DNA of 64,000 bases from Chloroflexota bacterium. Its GTDB lineage: Bacteria > Chloroflexota > Dehalococcoidia > Bin125. The DNA lies in the NCBI GenBank assembly GCA_003228175.2, contig QGNQ01000008.1, forward strand, positions 1,354 through 65,353, read 5' to 3'. Under the pieces are notes generated by a model that saw only the letters and a list, made by a program, of their open reading frames with translations, was not told the origin of the DNA and made no database searches. Position numbers and translations under genes: made by a program. Below, piece by piece: positions 27,574-36,825 of the stretch; position 1 is the stretch's first letter, and each line of letters starts with the position of its first letter.

Positions 27574-29109
27574 TCAGGGTGCGAACGGGTCCCCGTCGTC
27601 GAACGGATCCGTGAAATCGCGTCCGGCGGCGCTGAGGTCGCTCCGGGTCAGATCCTCGCCTTCGGGCCGTTCCCCCTCTGTCACCCAGCGCACCAGGTCG
27701 AAGAACGCACGCAGCCCCTCCTCCACCTCGCTGAAACGGCAGTGGCCCGCGCGTCGCACCGCGCGCTGCACCAGGTTCGCGCCGTTCCCCGCCCCGATCA
27801 CCCGACGCGCATACGACCGATCGAGCGACAGCGGCGTCCACAGGTCGCCCGTCGTCTTCACGGTCAGCAGCGGCACATCCAGACGACCACTGGCAACGCC
27901 GAGCGCGGGGTCGGTTCGTAGCGCCGCCGGCGCGCGGAAGCGCATCAGCTCCGCATTCAGCCGCTCCAGATCGATACCCGCATCCGGCCGGGCCCCATAC
28001 ACGACAGCGCGCGTGTCGAACGCCATCAGGGCCCCATCGTGCGCGATAATCGCGCCGGGCCCGGGCGGCCCAGCCGACAGGATCGTCGGCCAGTAAGCCG
28101 CGCCCAACGCGAAGTTCACCTGCCACTGCTGCGCCAATCCCTCGCGAAATCCCCAGCGCGGACCGCCGCTGAGGTCCTCGATCAGCGCAGCGAACTGCTC
28201 GCCCCGCGCCGTCAGCGTCAGCACGTCCTCATCCACACGGCCCAGCGCGCCCGCCCAGGCCAGCAACCCGGCCGCGTCGGCAGAGGCGGGCGCATCCCCG
28301 ATCAGCCAATGCGCCAGCGCGTGCCAGCCCACCAAGTAGTCCACCACCTCCGCGTTCGACAACGCGCCGCAGAGCGCCAGCGCCCCGTCGATCTCGTCGG
28401 GGAACTCCTGCGCCATGATCTGCGCCGTCGCGCCGCCCATCGACGCGCCCATACAGTACGTCCGCTCGGGCGGCCCAACCTCCGCCGTGACGATCTCCTT
28501 GGCCCTCAGCAGGTCATCCACGCCGCGCGCCGGGACGTAGCCCGTCGCGGCATAGGTGCTCGCCGCCCAGCCGACCCCCAACGGCACCAGCACCCCGCGG
28601 CCCGGTGGGAAGCCGCCAAAGCCCAAGTGCGACTCGAAGTCCGTGCTCGCGTCGTTGAGGCCGCCGAAGCCGCGGCCCCAGAGAATCAGCGTGCCGTTCC
28701 AGTTATCCGGGATCTCGATCCGGTATGCCGCCCCGTCCGCCACGCCGGAGAACGCGCGCGCGCCGCCCAGCGCTTCGAAGGCCGGATCCTCCAGCGTGCA
28801 GTCGTCGCAAACCCGATCGGGCATCAGCAAGCGTCGGCTGGTAGCGGTCGGCTCCGCTTGGACCTGCGCCGCTTGCGACTGCTCTGCCAACTGCGACTGC
28901 GCCGTGGCGCTCTCCACCGCCGACGACGACCCCGCCGCCCTATCGTCGTCATCCCCGCAGCCGACCAGCGCCAGCCCCGCCGCACCCACCGCGACCGCGC
29001 CGCCACGCCGCAGCAGCGTCCGCCGATCGATCCGCCGGTCGATCCGACGATCAATCCGACGGGCGCCTTCCCGGCCGGCGCGGCCACGGTCAACACGTGA
29101 TGGAATCAT
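27574..29109 (-). CDS. Tat-signal lipoprotein, alpha/beta hydrolase-like
   Basis: RRTLLRRGGAVAVGAAGLALVGC (twin-Arg plus lipobox) preceded by (IDRR)x3-4; nucleophile elbow CMGASMGGATA. Confidence 0.65.
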   Translation of the reverse strand: MIPSRVDRGRAGREGARRIDRRIDRRIDRRTLLRRGGAVAVGAAGLALVGCGDDDDRAAGSSSAVESATAQSQLAEQSQAAQVQAEPTATSRRLLMPDRVCDDCTLEDPAFEALGGARAFSGVADGAAYRIEIPDNWNGTLILWGRGFGGLNDASTDFESHLGFGGFPPGRGVLVPLGVGWAASTYAATGYVPARGVDDLLRAKEIVTAEVGPPERTYCMGASMGGATAQIMAQEFPDEIDGALALCGALSNAEVVDYLVGWHALAHWLIGDAPASADAAGLLAWAGALGRVDEDVLTLTARGEQFAALIEDLSGGPRWGFREGLAQQWQVNFALGAAYWPTILSAGPPGPGAIIAHDGALMAFDTRAVVYGARPDAGIDLERLNAELMRFRAPAALRTDPALGVASGRLDVPLLTVKTTGDLWTPLSLDRSYARRVIGAGNGANLVQRAVRRAGHCRFSEVEEGLRAFFDLVRWVTEGERPEGEDLTRSDLSAAGRDFTDPFDDGDPFAP

Positions 29110-29194
29110 GGCGTTCCGTTTCGCGCCCGGGATCGGGCTGGCGTCGCACCCCAACGGAGTATCCCACGCCCAGTCATCCCGCCCTCCCGATCAG

Positions 29195-29223
29195 TTGTTG
29201 CTAGATCAGCCCACCGGTATTGT
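29195..29223 (+). promoter_or_regulatory. Candidate promoter for sucCD (TTGTTG-N17-TATTGT)
   Basis: Hexamers at 29195-29200 and 29218-29223; GAGGAG SD precedes ATG 29286. Confidence 0.3.
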
Positions 29224-29285
29224 CCGAAGGGCTCAACGAGCCCCCATCCGATCCGGAAATCACCGGCTGAGGAGTCGCTTCAGTC

Positions 29286-30542
29286 ATGAAAATCCACGAG
29301 TATCAGGCCAAAGACCTCCTCGCGACGCACGGCGTGCCCGTGCCGCGCGGCGTCGCCGTCACCACCGCCCGGGAGGCCAAGCGCGCCGCCAATGACCTGG
29401 GCGGCAAGGTCGTCGTCAAAGCGCAGATTCACGCCGGGGGGCGCGGCAAAGGCCGCCTCGTCGCCAAGCAGGCGCAGACCGCCGCCATGTACGCCAAGCT
29501 GGAAGCCAGCCCCGCCACCATGGAGGGGGCCGTCAAAGGCAGCCGCGTCGGTGGCGTCCGGCTGGTCGGCAGCGCCGACCGCGCCCAGGCCGAAGCGAAA
29601 AAGATCCTCGGCAACTTCCTCGTCACCCATCAGACCGGCCCCGCCGGCAAGAAGGTGCAACGACTCCTGATCGAGGAGCAGTTCGCCATCGCCGACGAGT
29701 ACTACGCCGCCGTCCTCATCGACGGCGCGCTGGGCACGCCCGTCATGATCGTCTCGCGTGAGGGCGGCCAAGCCATCGAAGAGGTCGCCGCCCGCGACCC
29801 CAAGGCCATCCTGCGCGTCCCCATCGACCCCAGCGAAGGCTTCCCGGCCTACCGCGGCCGACAGCTCGCCAAGCAGCTCAAGATGCCGCACGCCACGATC
29901 TTCCAGGCCGGCGCCCTCTTTGCCGGGCTCTACCGCGCCTTCCTCGCCAGCGACGCCTCCATGGCCGAAATCAACCCCTTCGTCGTCACCGCCGACAACC
30001 GCGTCCTGGCCGTCGACGCCAAGGTCACCATCGACGACAACGCCGCCTTCCGGCAGCCCGTCGCCACCCTGCGCGACAAGTCGGAAGAAGAGCCCATGGA
30101 GATCATGGCCGAAGAGGCCGGGATCGGCTCCTACATCAAGCTGGACGGCAACATTGGCTGCATGGTCAACGGCGCCGGCCTGGCCATGGCCACAATGGAC
30201 ACCATCAAGCTGGCCGGCGGCGAACCGGCCAACTTCCTCGACATCGGCACCGTCAACCGGGTCGAACTCGTCGTCGAAGCCACCCACATCATCAACCTGG
30301 ACCCCAACGTCAAAGCGATCCTCGTCAACATCTTCGGCGGCATGGCCCGCGTCGACGTCGTCGCCGAGGGGCTCGTCGCCGCCATCAAGAAGTACCGCAT
30401 CAAGCATCCCATCATCGCCCGCCTCAACGGCTCCAACGTTGAGGAAGGGCGCCGCATCATCGAGGCCTCGGGCTTGGACTTCATCCTCGCCGATGACCTC
30501 GGCGAGGCCGCCCGCAAGGCCGTCAAGGCCGCCCGCGCGTGA
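29286..30542 (+). CDS. sucC: Succinyl-CoA synthetase beta subunit (with an insert of about 31 aa after the GRGK loop)
   Basis: MKIHEYQAKDLL..KAQIHAGGRGKG..; NIGCMVNGAGLAMATMD; 418 aa versus about 388 typical. Confidence 0.93.
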   Translation: MKIHEYQAKDLLATHGVPVPRGVAVTTAREAKRAANDLGGKVVVKAQIHAGGRGKGRLVAKQAQTAAMYAKLEASPATMEGAVKGSRVGGVRLVGSADRAQAEAKKILGNFLVTHQTGPAGKKVQRLLIEEQFAIADEYYAAVLIDGALGTPVMIVSREGGQAIEEVAARDPKAILRVPIDPSEGFPAYRGRQLAKQLKMPHATIFQAGALFAGLYRAFLASDASMAEINPFVVTADNRVLAVDAKVTIDDNAAFRQPVATLRDKSEEEPMEIMAEEAGIGSYIKLDGNIGCMVNGAGLAMATMDTIKLAGGEPANFLDIGTVNRVELVVEATHIINLDPNVKAILVNIFGGMARVDVVAEGLVAAIKKYRIKHPIIARLNGSNVEEGRRIIEASGLDFILADDLGEAARKAVKAARA

Positions 30543-30626
30543 TCGCCCCATTCAGAAACCCCGCCAGAATCATGCCCCAGGCAGAACTGCAGCGCTGAAA
30601 CTGCCGCAGGTGAGTGAGGAACCGCA

Positions 30627-31520
30627 ATGAGCGTGCTCGTAGGCCGGTCCACGCGCGTCTTGATCCAGGGACTGGGCGGCGAAGGCCAGAACCAGATCCG
30701 CCGCTCCCTTGACTACGGCACCAACGTCGTCGCCGGCGTGCACCCGTCCTTCCGTGGCGGCACGAAGTTCGAGAGCTTCCCCGTCTTCAACACCGCCGAA
30801 GAGGCCGTCGCCAAGACCAAGCCCAACGTCTCCATCATCTTCGTGCCCGCGCCCGGCGCCGCCGACGCCATTTTCGAGAACATCGCCGCAGAGATCCCAC
30901 TGATCATCTGCATCACCGAGGGCGTGCCCGTCCAGGACATGGTCGCCGTGCGCGCCGCCCTGGCCCAAAGCAAGAGCCGCCTGATCGGCCCCAACTGCCC
31001 CGGCCTCATCACCCCCTCCGCCAAATGCCGCGTGGGCATCATGCCGCCCGCCGTCTTCAAGCCCGGCCGCGTCGGCGTCGTCTCGCGCTCCGGCACCCTC
31101 GTCTACGAAGCCGTCGACCAACTCACCCGGCTGGGCATCGGCCAGTCCAGCTGCGTTGGCGTCGGCGGCGACCCCATCATCGGCACCTCCCAGGCCGAAG
31201 CGCTGGAGATGTTCAACAACGACAAAGCGACCGACGCCGTCGTCCTCATCGGTGAGATCGGCGGCACCGCCGAGCAGGCCTCCGCCGCCTACATCAAACG
31301 CCACATGCAGAAGCCCGTCGTCGCCTTCGTCGCCGGCGCCACCGCCCCTCCCGGCCGACGCATGGGCCACGCCGGCGCCATCATCGAAGGCGCAAGCGGC
31401 ATCGCCGCCGCCAAGATCAAGGCCCTCTCCGCGGCCGGCGCCGTGATCAGCAAGAGCCCCGCCCGCATCGGCGTCACCATGCAGAAAGTCCTCCGCGAAA
31501 AGAAGCTCCTCAAGGACTAA
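30627..31520 (+). CDS. sucD: Succinyl-CoA synthetase alpha subunit
   Basis: [37 protein letters not shown]. Confidence 0.93.
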   Translation: MSVLVGRSTRVLIQGLGGEGQNQIRRSLDYGTNVVAGVHPSFRGGTKFESFPVFNTAEEAVAKTKPNVSIIFVPAPGAADAIFENIAAEIPLIICITEGVPVQDMVAVRAALAQSKSRLIGPNCPGLITPSAKCRVGIMPPAVFKPGRVGVVSRSGTLVYEAVDQLTRLGIGQSSCVGVGGDPIIGTSQAEALEMFNNDKATDAVVLIGEIGGTAEQASAAYIKRHMQKPVVAFVAGATAPPGRRMGHAGAIIEGASGIAAAKIKALSAAGAVISKSPARIGVTMQKVLREKKLLKD

Positions 31521-32170
31521 CGATCGCCCGTCGGCGCGAGGGGCTTTGGGCGCCTCTCCCCCAGGCGAGCAAGCCCGGGAATATGGCGGACAACTCGCCT
31601 CCACGCCGACTCATCCGGTGTCGCAATCTCGAGCAGGCTGCTTGCCATTGAATCCAGCAGCCGGTTCATTTCCTGCATGTCGGCGACCAAGTTGTCGTAG
31701 CTCTCGAACCGCCGCTGGAGTCCCACTGGGTCCTCGCCCGCGTTCGATGGTTGCGCAATCTCATGCTCGTACCAGTGCCTGAACCGGGCCTGCCAACGCG
31801 TCAGGTGTCCGCGAATCACGTCGTTCTGCACCCGAAGTACCAAGTTTGCCAAATCCGGATCGGGCTCTCGGGGAGGGATTGAGTCAAGCAGTGACCGAAT
31901 CCGCGGAAATAACTCGTAGAGCGAATCGTAGACTTCGACGATGAGGTCATGTTCAGGATCGAACGGGAGCGCCGCTTTGCGGGTCCGAAGCTCCACATAC
32001 AAGGCCCATGCGACGTTCCGCTCCGGCCGGCTCGCCTCGAACGTGAAGTTCGCGAGGCCCGGAATCGAGAGTGTCGCTGACGAAAGCGCCAACCTGTTCA
32101 CGGCCAGCAGAAACAAGAAGAAGGCCGTCGTGACCACGACAGCTAGTAAAGCAAACGCCCACCCGGGCAT
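31517..32170 (-). CDS. Hypothetical single-pass membrane protein (217 aa), partner of the TIR-like gene
   Basis: N-terminal [23 protein letters not shown], then a helical W/R/H-rich domain with no recognised family. Low-GC DNA. Starts 9 nt after the TIR-like stop; its stop overlaps the sucD stop (CTAA). Confidence 0.6.
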   Translation of the reverse strand: MPGWAFALLAVVVTTAFFLFLLAVNRLALSSATLSIPGLANFTFEASRPERNVAWALYVELRTRKAALPFDPEHDLIVEVYDSLYELFPRIRSLLDSIPPREPDPDLANLVLRVQNDVIRGHLTRWQARFRHWYEHEIAQPSNAGEDPVGLQRRFESYDNLVADMQEMNRLLDSMASSLLEIATPDESAWRRVVRHIPGLARLGERRPKPLAPTGDR

Positions 32171-32179
32171 CCCGCAGCC

Positions 32180-32599
32180 CTAGCGGGCGCGGGTTGCGGC
32201 GGGTCGATTCTGAGCAGCCCACTCGATCCAACCCGCGAAGTTATCGGGCTCCCATCCGCCAACCGCGTTCGACGGAATGCCCTCCGGAACACGACCAGCC
32301 GTCCCCTTGAGCCTGATCCCCAGGATGCCCTTGCCTTGGCGTCGACTCTCAGCGATCTCCCATTTCACCCACTTGCTGTCGGCGGTCTTATCGCCGATCA
32401 GCACGATCGTGACGGAGGCAGACGTCAGGTACTCATCCCTGATCACTCTCTGCACGTACGGATCGTCCGTGGATTGGATTCGTCGATCGAGTTTGTGGTT
32501 GTAGAACTCGAAGCCGTCCAGGATGTTCCGCAACCCGAGAAACCCGTTCACCTGCTGCGTGTCGTCGTGGCTGAAACTAATGAAGATTCGGCGCTTCAT
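32180..32599 (-). CDS. TIR-like domain protein (DUF1863 / ThsB-like)
   Basis: MKRRIFISFSHDD.., ..VTIVLIGDKTADSKWVKWEIAES..GKGILGIRL; start set at ATG 32599 (track start is 32665). Confidence 0.65.
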   Translation of the reverse strand: MKRRIFISFSHDDTQQVNGFLGLRNILDGFEFYNHKLDRRIQSTDDPYVQRVIRDEYLTSASVTIVLIGDKTADSKWVKWEIAESRRQGKGILGIRLKGTAGRVPEGIPSNAVGGWEPDNFAGWIEWAAQNRPAATRAR

Positions 32600-32758
32600 T
32601 GATCGGCTCGCTTTCGCGCCCACACTAGCACAGGCGTTCTTGCCCAGTCCGTCACGGACCCCCACTACTGCCCCAACGCGAAGTCGACGAACTCCTCGAT
32701 CACCGCCACGATCTCCTGCTACCTCAAGCTGGCGGGCCTACCATCGGTTCCTCTCCCG

Positions 32759-33220
32759 CTACTCCCCCTCCCCCTCCACCCCGACCTTCAACCGCTCCAG
32801 CACGACCGCCACCTGCCGGCTACCCCCGCGACGCAACGCGAACGCCAACGGCCAAAACAGCCGCAAGATCGGACCGATGCGAATGTGGAACGCCAGCTCC
32901 ACCCGCGTGGCCCCTGCCTCGGCATCGCTGAACCGGTACTCCACCCGCACTGCCGGTCCCTGCTCGCCCGACGGCTGCGAGAAGTAGACGAAGCGCTCCC
33001 CCAGCTCGACCTCCGCCACCTCCAGCCTGTAGTCCACCAGACCGCCGCCCTCCCGGATCGACTGCGCGTACGTCGATCCGGGCTGCCCGCGCGCGCCGCT
33101 CAGGCGTCGCACCTCCGCCACGCTCAACAGCCAGCTCGACTGCCGCTCAAGGTCGGCCGTGAAGCGGAAGACATCCTCCCGCGGTCGCCCAATCGTCGTC
33201 TTGGCGCGGAAGGCGGGCAT
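32759..33220 (-). CDS. SRPBCC (START/polyketide-cyclase-like) family protein
   Basis: 153 aa; ..IGRPREDVFRFTADLERQSSW.. pattern; start overlaps the stop of the upstream hydrolase. Confidence 0.6.
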   Translation of the reverse strand: MPAFRAKTTIGRPREDVFRFTADLERQSSWLLSVAEVRRLSGARGQPGSTYAQSIREGGGLVDYRLEVAEVELGERFVYFSQPSGEQGPAVRVEYRFSDAEAGATRVELAFHIRIGPILRLFWPLAFALRRGGSRQVAVVLERLKVGVEGEGE

Positions 33221-34437
33221 CAGGGCGGCGGGAAGAGGATCTGTTCATCGCTGAGCAGATCCGACGCCGCCAGATCGTTGCCGTGCAACGCCGTCTCCAG
33301 GATCTGAACCGCCTGCTTCCCGCCCAGCGCGCCGGCCAGCGCCTGCGCGTCCGCGGCGGCGCTGCCGTCCGCGTCGCCCGCGAAAAAGAGCGCGTCCTGC
33401 ATGACGCCGGGGGCCGCTGACAAGGCGTCGATCCCGGCGAATACGGCCGGGGCCGAAATGATCACCAACTGCGTGATCCGCGTCTCATCCACCGCCGCCA
33501 CCAGCAAGCTCGTCCCGCCCATACTGGCCCCGATCGCGACGATCGACGTCGCCCCCTCCGCGATCGCGAAATCGATCGCGGCTTCCCAGTCCAGCACGAT
33601 GTCGCCCGCCGATCCGCCGTCGGAAGCGCCGAAGCCGCGGAAGTCCCAGGCCAGCACAGAGAAACCGTTCGCCTCAGCCGCCCGCCCGGGCAGGCCTGCC
33701 CAGGCGCCGCGATCGCGTCCGTTCTGATGCGCGAACAGATACCACGTATTCGATCCCCGCCAGAGGTCGGCGGCCAGCGTCACCCCGTCCGCGGCCGTAA
33801 AGCGGATCTGCTCCAGCACCGGCGGCGCAGCCTCGGGAAGGGGCAGCGGCGCGATCGTCGCGACGCCGGCAGCGTCGCGCAAGACCCAGATGCCATCGCC
33901 CCCGGCGACCTCGTCCAGCTGCGCGATGAACGACGGCGCGGCCGCATCCCAACGACCGAAGGCCTGCGCGTCGGCGTCCCAACGAATGATCGTCCGCGCG
34001 CCCAGAATCGTGCCGGCCTCCGCCGCCGGCGCCGACGCCGCCGTCCAGCCGATCAGGTTCCAGCCGCCCACCAGAGAGACCTGCTGATCCCCCAAGAACA
34101 CGACCTGTACGAAGGAGTCGTCGGCGCTCGTAAAGACCCAGACGGCTTGGCCGTCGGCGATCGTCTGCAGCGAGTTCAGACCCGGCGGCAAGCCGCGCCG
34201 CCAGCTCGTGAAGGCCTGATCTTGGGCCGCCCAGCCAAAGACCGACTGCGTGAACTCGCCCCCAAAGACCTCCTCCACCGGCCCGCCCTGGTTGACCGCG
34301 ACCAAGCTCCACCCCGCGGGCAGCGGCTGCGCGAACGCCTGCGCCGACACCGCGCCCGGGCTGGCGACGCCCACCCCCATCACGATTAGCAGACCGGTCA
34401 GAAACGCCGTCATGGCCGCGCGCCGGTAGATTCGCAT
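33220..34437 (-). CDS. Secreted protein: signal peptide, two copies of an unnamed domain of about 80 aa, C-terminal alpha/beta hydrolase
   Basis: MRIYRRAAMTAFLTGLLIVMGVGVASPGAVSAQA; ..AWDFRGFGASDG..AIGASMGGTSLL..ILETALHGN. Confidence 0.75.
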   Translation of the reverse strand: MRIYRRAAMTAFLTGLLIVMGVGVASPGAVSAQAFAQPLPAGWSLVAVNQGGPVEEVFGGEFTQSVFGWAAQDQAFTSWRRGLPPGLNSLQTIADGQAVWVFTSADDSFVQVVFLGDQQVSLVGGWNLIGWTAASAPAAEAGTILGARTIIRWDADAQAFGRWDAAAPSFIAQLDEVAGGDGIWVLRDAAGVATIAPLPLPEAAPPVLEQIRFTAADGVTLAADLWRGSNTWYLFAHQNGRDRGAWAGLPGRAAEANGFSVLAWDFRGFGASDGGSAGDIVLDWEAAIDFAIAEGATSIVAIGASMGGTSLLVAAVDETRITQLVIISAPAVFAGIDALSAAPGVMQDALFFAGDADGSAAADAQALAGALGGKQAVQILETALHGNDLAASDLLSDEQILFPPP

Positions 34438-34490
34438 ACACGCCCCTCCGCTCGTTCGCCGTCGCAGGCTAGCGCAGACGCAGCAGCGCG

Positions 34491-34532
34491 CCCCAGCCGA
34501 TCAGCCCCAGCCGATCACCCCCAGCCGATCAC
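34491..34532. repeat. 14-bp tandem repeat CCCCAGCCGATCA(N) x3
   Basis: Units at 34491, 34505 and 34519; the last overlaps the stop codon (34529-34531) of the lipoprotein hydrolase gene. Confidence 0.85.
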
Positions 34533-36511
34533 GAAGCGCTGATAAACGGCGACCACTCCGCGCAGCAGCCCGGGCCGATCGTGAACACCTCGCCCGTCGC
34601 CGCATCGATCACCAGCACCCCCACCGAGCGATCGACACGGCTGAGCGAACTGAACGAGATGAACCGCGAATCCGGCGACCACTGCAGATCGAAAAAGATC
34701 AGGTCGGAGTCCTGCACCAGCAGTCGCGTCGCCTCGCTCTGGATATCGCTGATGAAGATCCCGTTTGCGCCCTCCGGCGGGCCCGACGTGACCCAGGCGA
34801 TCTGGTCGCCACCCGGCGAGACGGATGCATCGAAGGGCACACCCGGCAGCGTCAGCCACTCCACCAGCGCCTCCTGCTCCGGCGAGCCAATGTAGAGCTT
34901 GTTCGTGTAGCGCACCCAGAACGCGTTGTTGCTCGAGTTCGCGAACCAGTCGTACTCGTCGGGGAAGATCGTCGAGTACTCCAGCGGCACGCATTCCCCG
35001 CCCACGCAGACCGTGGGCGGCTCATCGATCTCCGGCGCCGCGAAGACGAACCCGGGTGCCAACGTCGTGGGCAGCAGCAGCAGAACCTCGCCAACCTCCC
35101 GACTCAGCAGCAGCGTGTCGTCAGGCGATTGCAGCCCCGTCGTGGTCGGGCTGTCGCTGAGCACGCCCGCGTACGGGGCCAGCAGCGTCGGTCCCAGCAG
35201 GTTGACCACCGCGGGCGTCGCCGGCGCCTGCGCGACGCCCTCCGGTACGACCGAGAACGACAGCACGATGCCATCGTTGGAGAACTGCATGTCGAAGAAC
35301 TGGGGCGCGATGCCGTCCGGCAGGAAGTCGAACGGGATACGCACCTCCCCGGGGGGTTCCGTCGTCAGGTCCAGCAGGATCAAGGCGCCGCCCGTGCCGC
35401 CGCCGCCCGTGCCGACGCCAACCGTGGGGCTGCTGGGCAGCCAGATCACCTCCTCCACATCGCCCTCGAACTGCCGCGTGATCACGAACTCGTCGCTCTG
35501 GAACGGATCGACAATCACGACCTGGTCGCCCCCATCACCGGGCGCGATCAGCGCCAGCGCGTAGCCAGACAGCGGCGCGCCAGCGGGCCGATTGCCGTCC
35601 TCGGACGCAACCGGTTGCTCGTCCTCGGCCTGCTCCGCTTCCACCGCGTCCGACTCCTCATCGGCGGCCTCCGCCTGCGCCGCCGACTCCAGGTTGTTGA
35701 CCTCCCCCGCCGCGATGTATCCGTCCGGATCCTCGGCGAACGCGTACAGCATCGGCTGCACGATTGGCCCCCACACGGGGTCCTGCGCCAGCGTGTTGCC
35801 GTGCAAAGCCGTCTCCAGGATGTCGAGCCGGGCGGGCCCCGTGGCCATGTCGAAGTACCGCTGCGAGAAGTCGGGCGCGGCCATGTCGTCCGCCCCCACG
35901 ATGAACAGCTTGGGCACCGTCACGCGGTCGTAATTCTCCAGCGCATCCAGCCCCTGAAAGCGGTTCGGGCTGGAGATCGCGAAGATCGTCGTGATGTCGT
36001 CCCGGTCCGCCGCGACCTGGATCAGACTCGTACCACCCATGCTGGCGCCGCCGGCGTGAATCACCGTCGCGCCGTTCGCCTTCGCGTAGTCCAGCGCCGC
36101 CAGCCACTCCCGCCAGATCTCCTTGGTCGCGTCACGCTTCGAATTGTTCACCGTGTTGCAGCCCGACTCGCCGTGGCAGCGGAAGTCCCAGGTCAGCACC
36201 GTGTAGCCGCGTGCCGAAAATCCCTCCACCATCTGGTCCCAGTCCCGGCGATTGCCCGTGAACTGGTGCCCCATCAGCACCCACTGATCGCCGCCGCGCC
36301 GTACCTCCGCCTCGATCTCAACGCCGTCGCTCGACTGCCACGTAAACACCGTCGCGTCCGGACGACGCTCGCCACTCCGGTCGCCCGTCCCATCACCAGA
36401 CGCGGCATCCCCCCCGTCGTCCCCACCGCAGGCCGCGACCAGCAGCATGAGCGACAGCAGCAGAGTCATGCCCCCCCGGCGCGCCGGGGACCGTCCAAAT
36501 CGTCGCCGCAT
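34529..36511 (-). CDS. Lipoprotein: N-terminal alpha/beta hydrolase (paralog of 33220..34437), acidic linker, C-terminal beta-propeller-like region
   Basis: Start ATG 36511: MRRRFGRSPARRGGMTLLLSLMLLVAACGG (lipobox). TWDFRCHGESG..GGASMGGTSLI..ILETALHGN. C-terminus ..DQIAWVTSG..FDLQWSPDSRFISFSS (TolB/WD40-like). The track ORF to 36811 overlaps the tRNA and is rejected. Confidence 0.75.
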   Translation of the reverse strand: MRRRFGRSPARRGGMTLLLSLMLLVAACGGDDGGDAASGDGTGDRSGERRPDATVFTWQSSDGVEIEAEVRRGGDQWVLMGHQFTGNRRDWDQMVEGFSARGYTVLTWDFRCHGESGCNTVNNSKRDATKEIWREWLAALDYAKANGATVIHAGGASMGGTSLIQVAADRDDITTIFAISSPNRFQGLDALENYDRVTVPKLFIVGADDMAAPDFSQRYFDMATGPARLDILETALHGNTLAQDPVWGPIVQPMLYAFAEDPDGYIAAGEVNNLESAAQAEAADEESDAVEAEQAEDEQPVASEDGNRPAGAPLSGYALALIAPGDGGDQVVIVDPFQSDEFVITRQFEGDVEEVIWLPSSPTVGVGTGGGGTGGALILLDLTTEPPGEVRIPFDFLPDGIAPQFFDMQFSNDGIVLSFSVVPEGVAQAPATPAVVNLLGPTLLAPYAGVLSDSPTTTGLQSPDDTLLLSREVGEVLLLLPTTLAPGFVFAAPEIDEPPTVCVGGECVPLEYSTIFPDEYDWFANSSNNAFWVRYTNKLYIGSPEQEALVEWLTLPGVPFDASVSPGGDQIAWVTSGPPEGANGIFISDIQSEATRLLVQDSDLIFFDLQWSPDSRFISFSSLSRVDRSVGVLVIDAATGEVFTIGPGCCAEWSPFISAS

Positions 36512-36685
36512 CTCGCTCCTCCTCCTGCACCGCACGTCGCGCCCCATGGTAGGGCGAGCGCCCACTGTCGCGCCCCGGCGACCCCCAAGCCCCACCCACA
36601 TCGCGCCGCCAAGGCGTATACGCCGCCCGTCCCCTGCGGGCTCTCCCCATCGCCGCGGCCTGGAGCGGCTGGTAACATCCGCGAC

Positions 36686-36775
36686 GGAGGGTTCGCATAG
36701 TGGCCTAGTGCGCCCGCCTGCTAAGCGGGTTTCGGGGAGACTCGATCGAGGGTTCGAATCCCTCACCCTCCGCCA
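36686..36775 (+). tRNA. tRNA-Ser (anticodon GCU), long variable arm, encoded CCA
   Basis: GGAGGGT acceptor stem pairs with ACCCTCC; anticodon loop CU-GCU-AA; variable arm TTCGGGGAGACTCGATC; T-arm GAGGGTTCGAATCCCTC; then G-CCA. Confidence 0.9.
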
Positions 36776-36825
36776 CTCGGCACTCCAACGCGCCCAACGG
36801 CCAGTTCCCAACGGGGCCCAACCCG

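Noticed and set aside
31517-32599. Canonical Thoeris (ThsA/ThsB) system.
   Set aside because: Only a ThsB-like TIR-type protein is present. The partner has no SIR2, SLOG or Macro features that I can see. I therefore report it as a non-canonical candidate rather than as Thoeris.
34529-36811. 760-aa version of the lipoprotein hydrolase ORF.
   Set aside because: The 5' 300 nt run through the tRNA-Ser gene on the opposite strand and encode Arg-rich junk. ATG 36511 gives a proper signal peptide plus lipobox.
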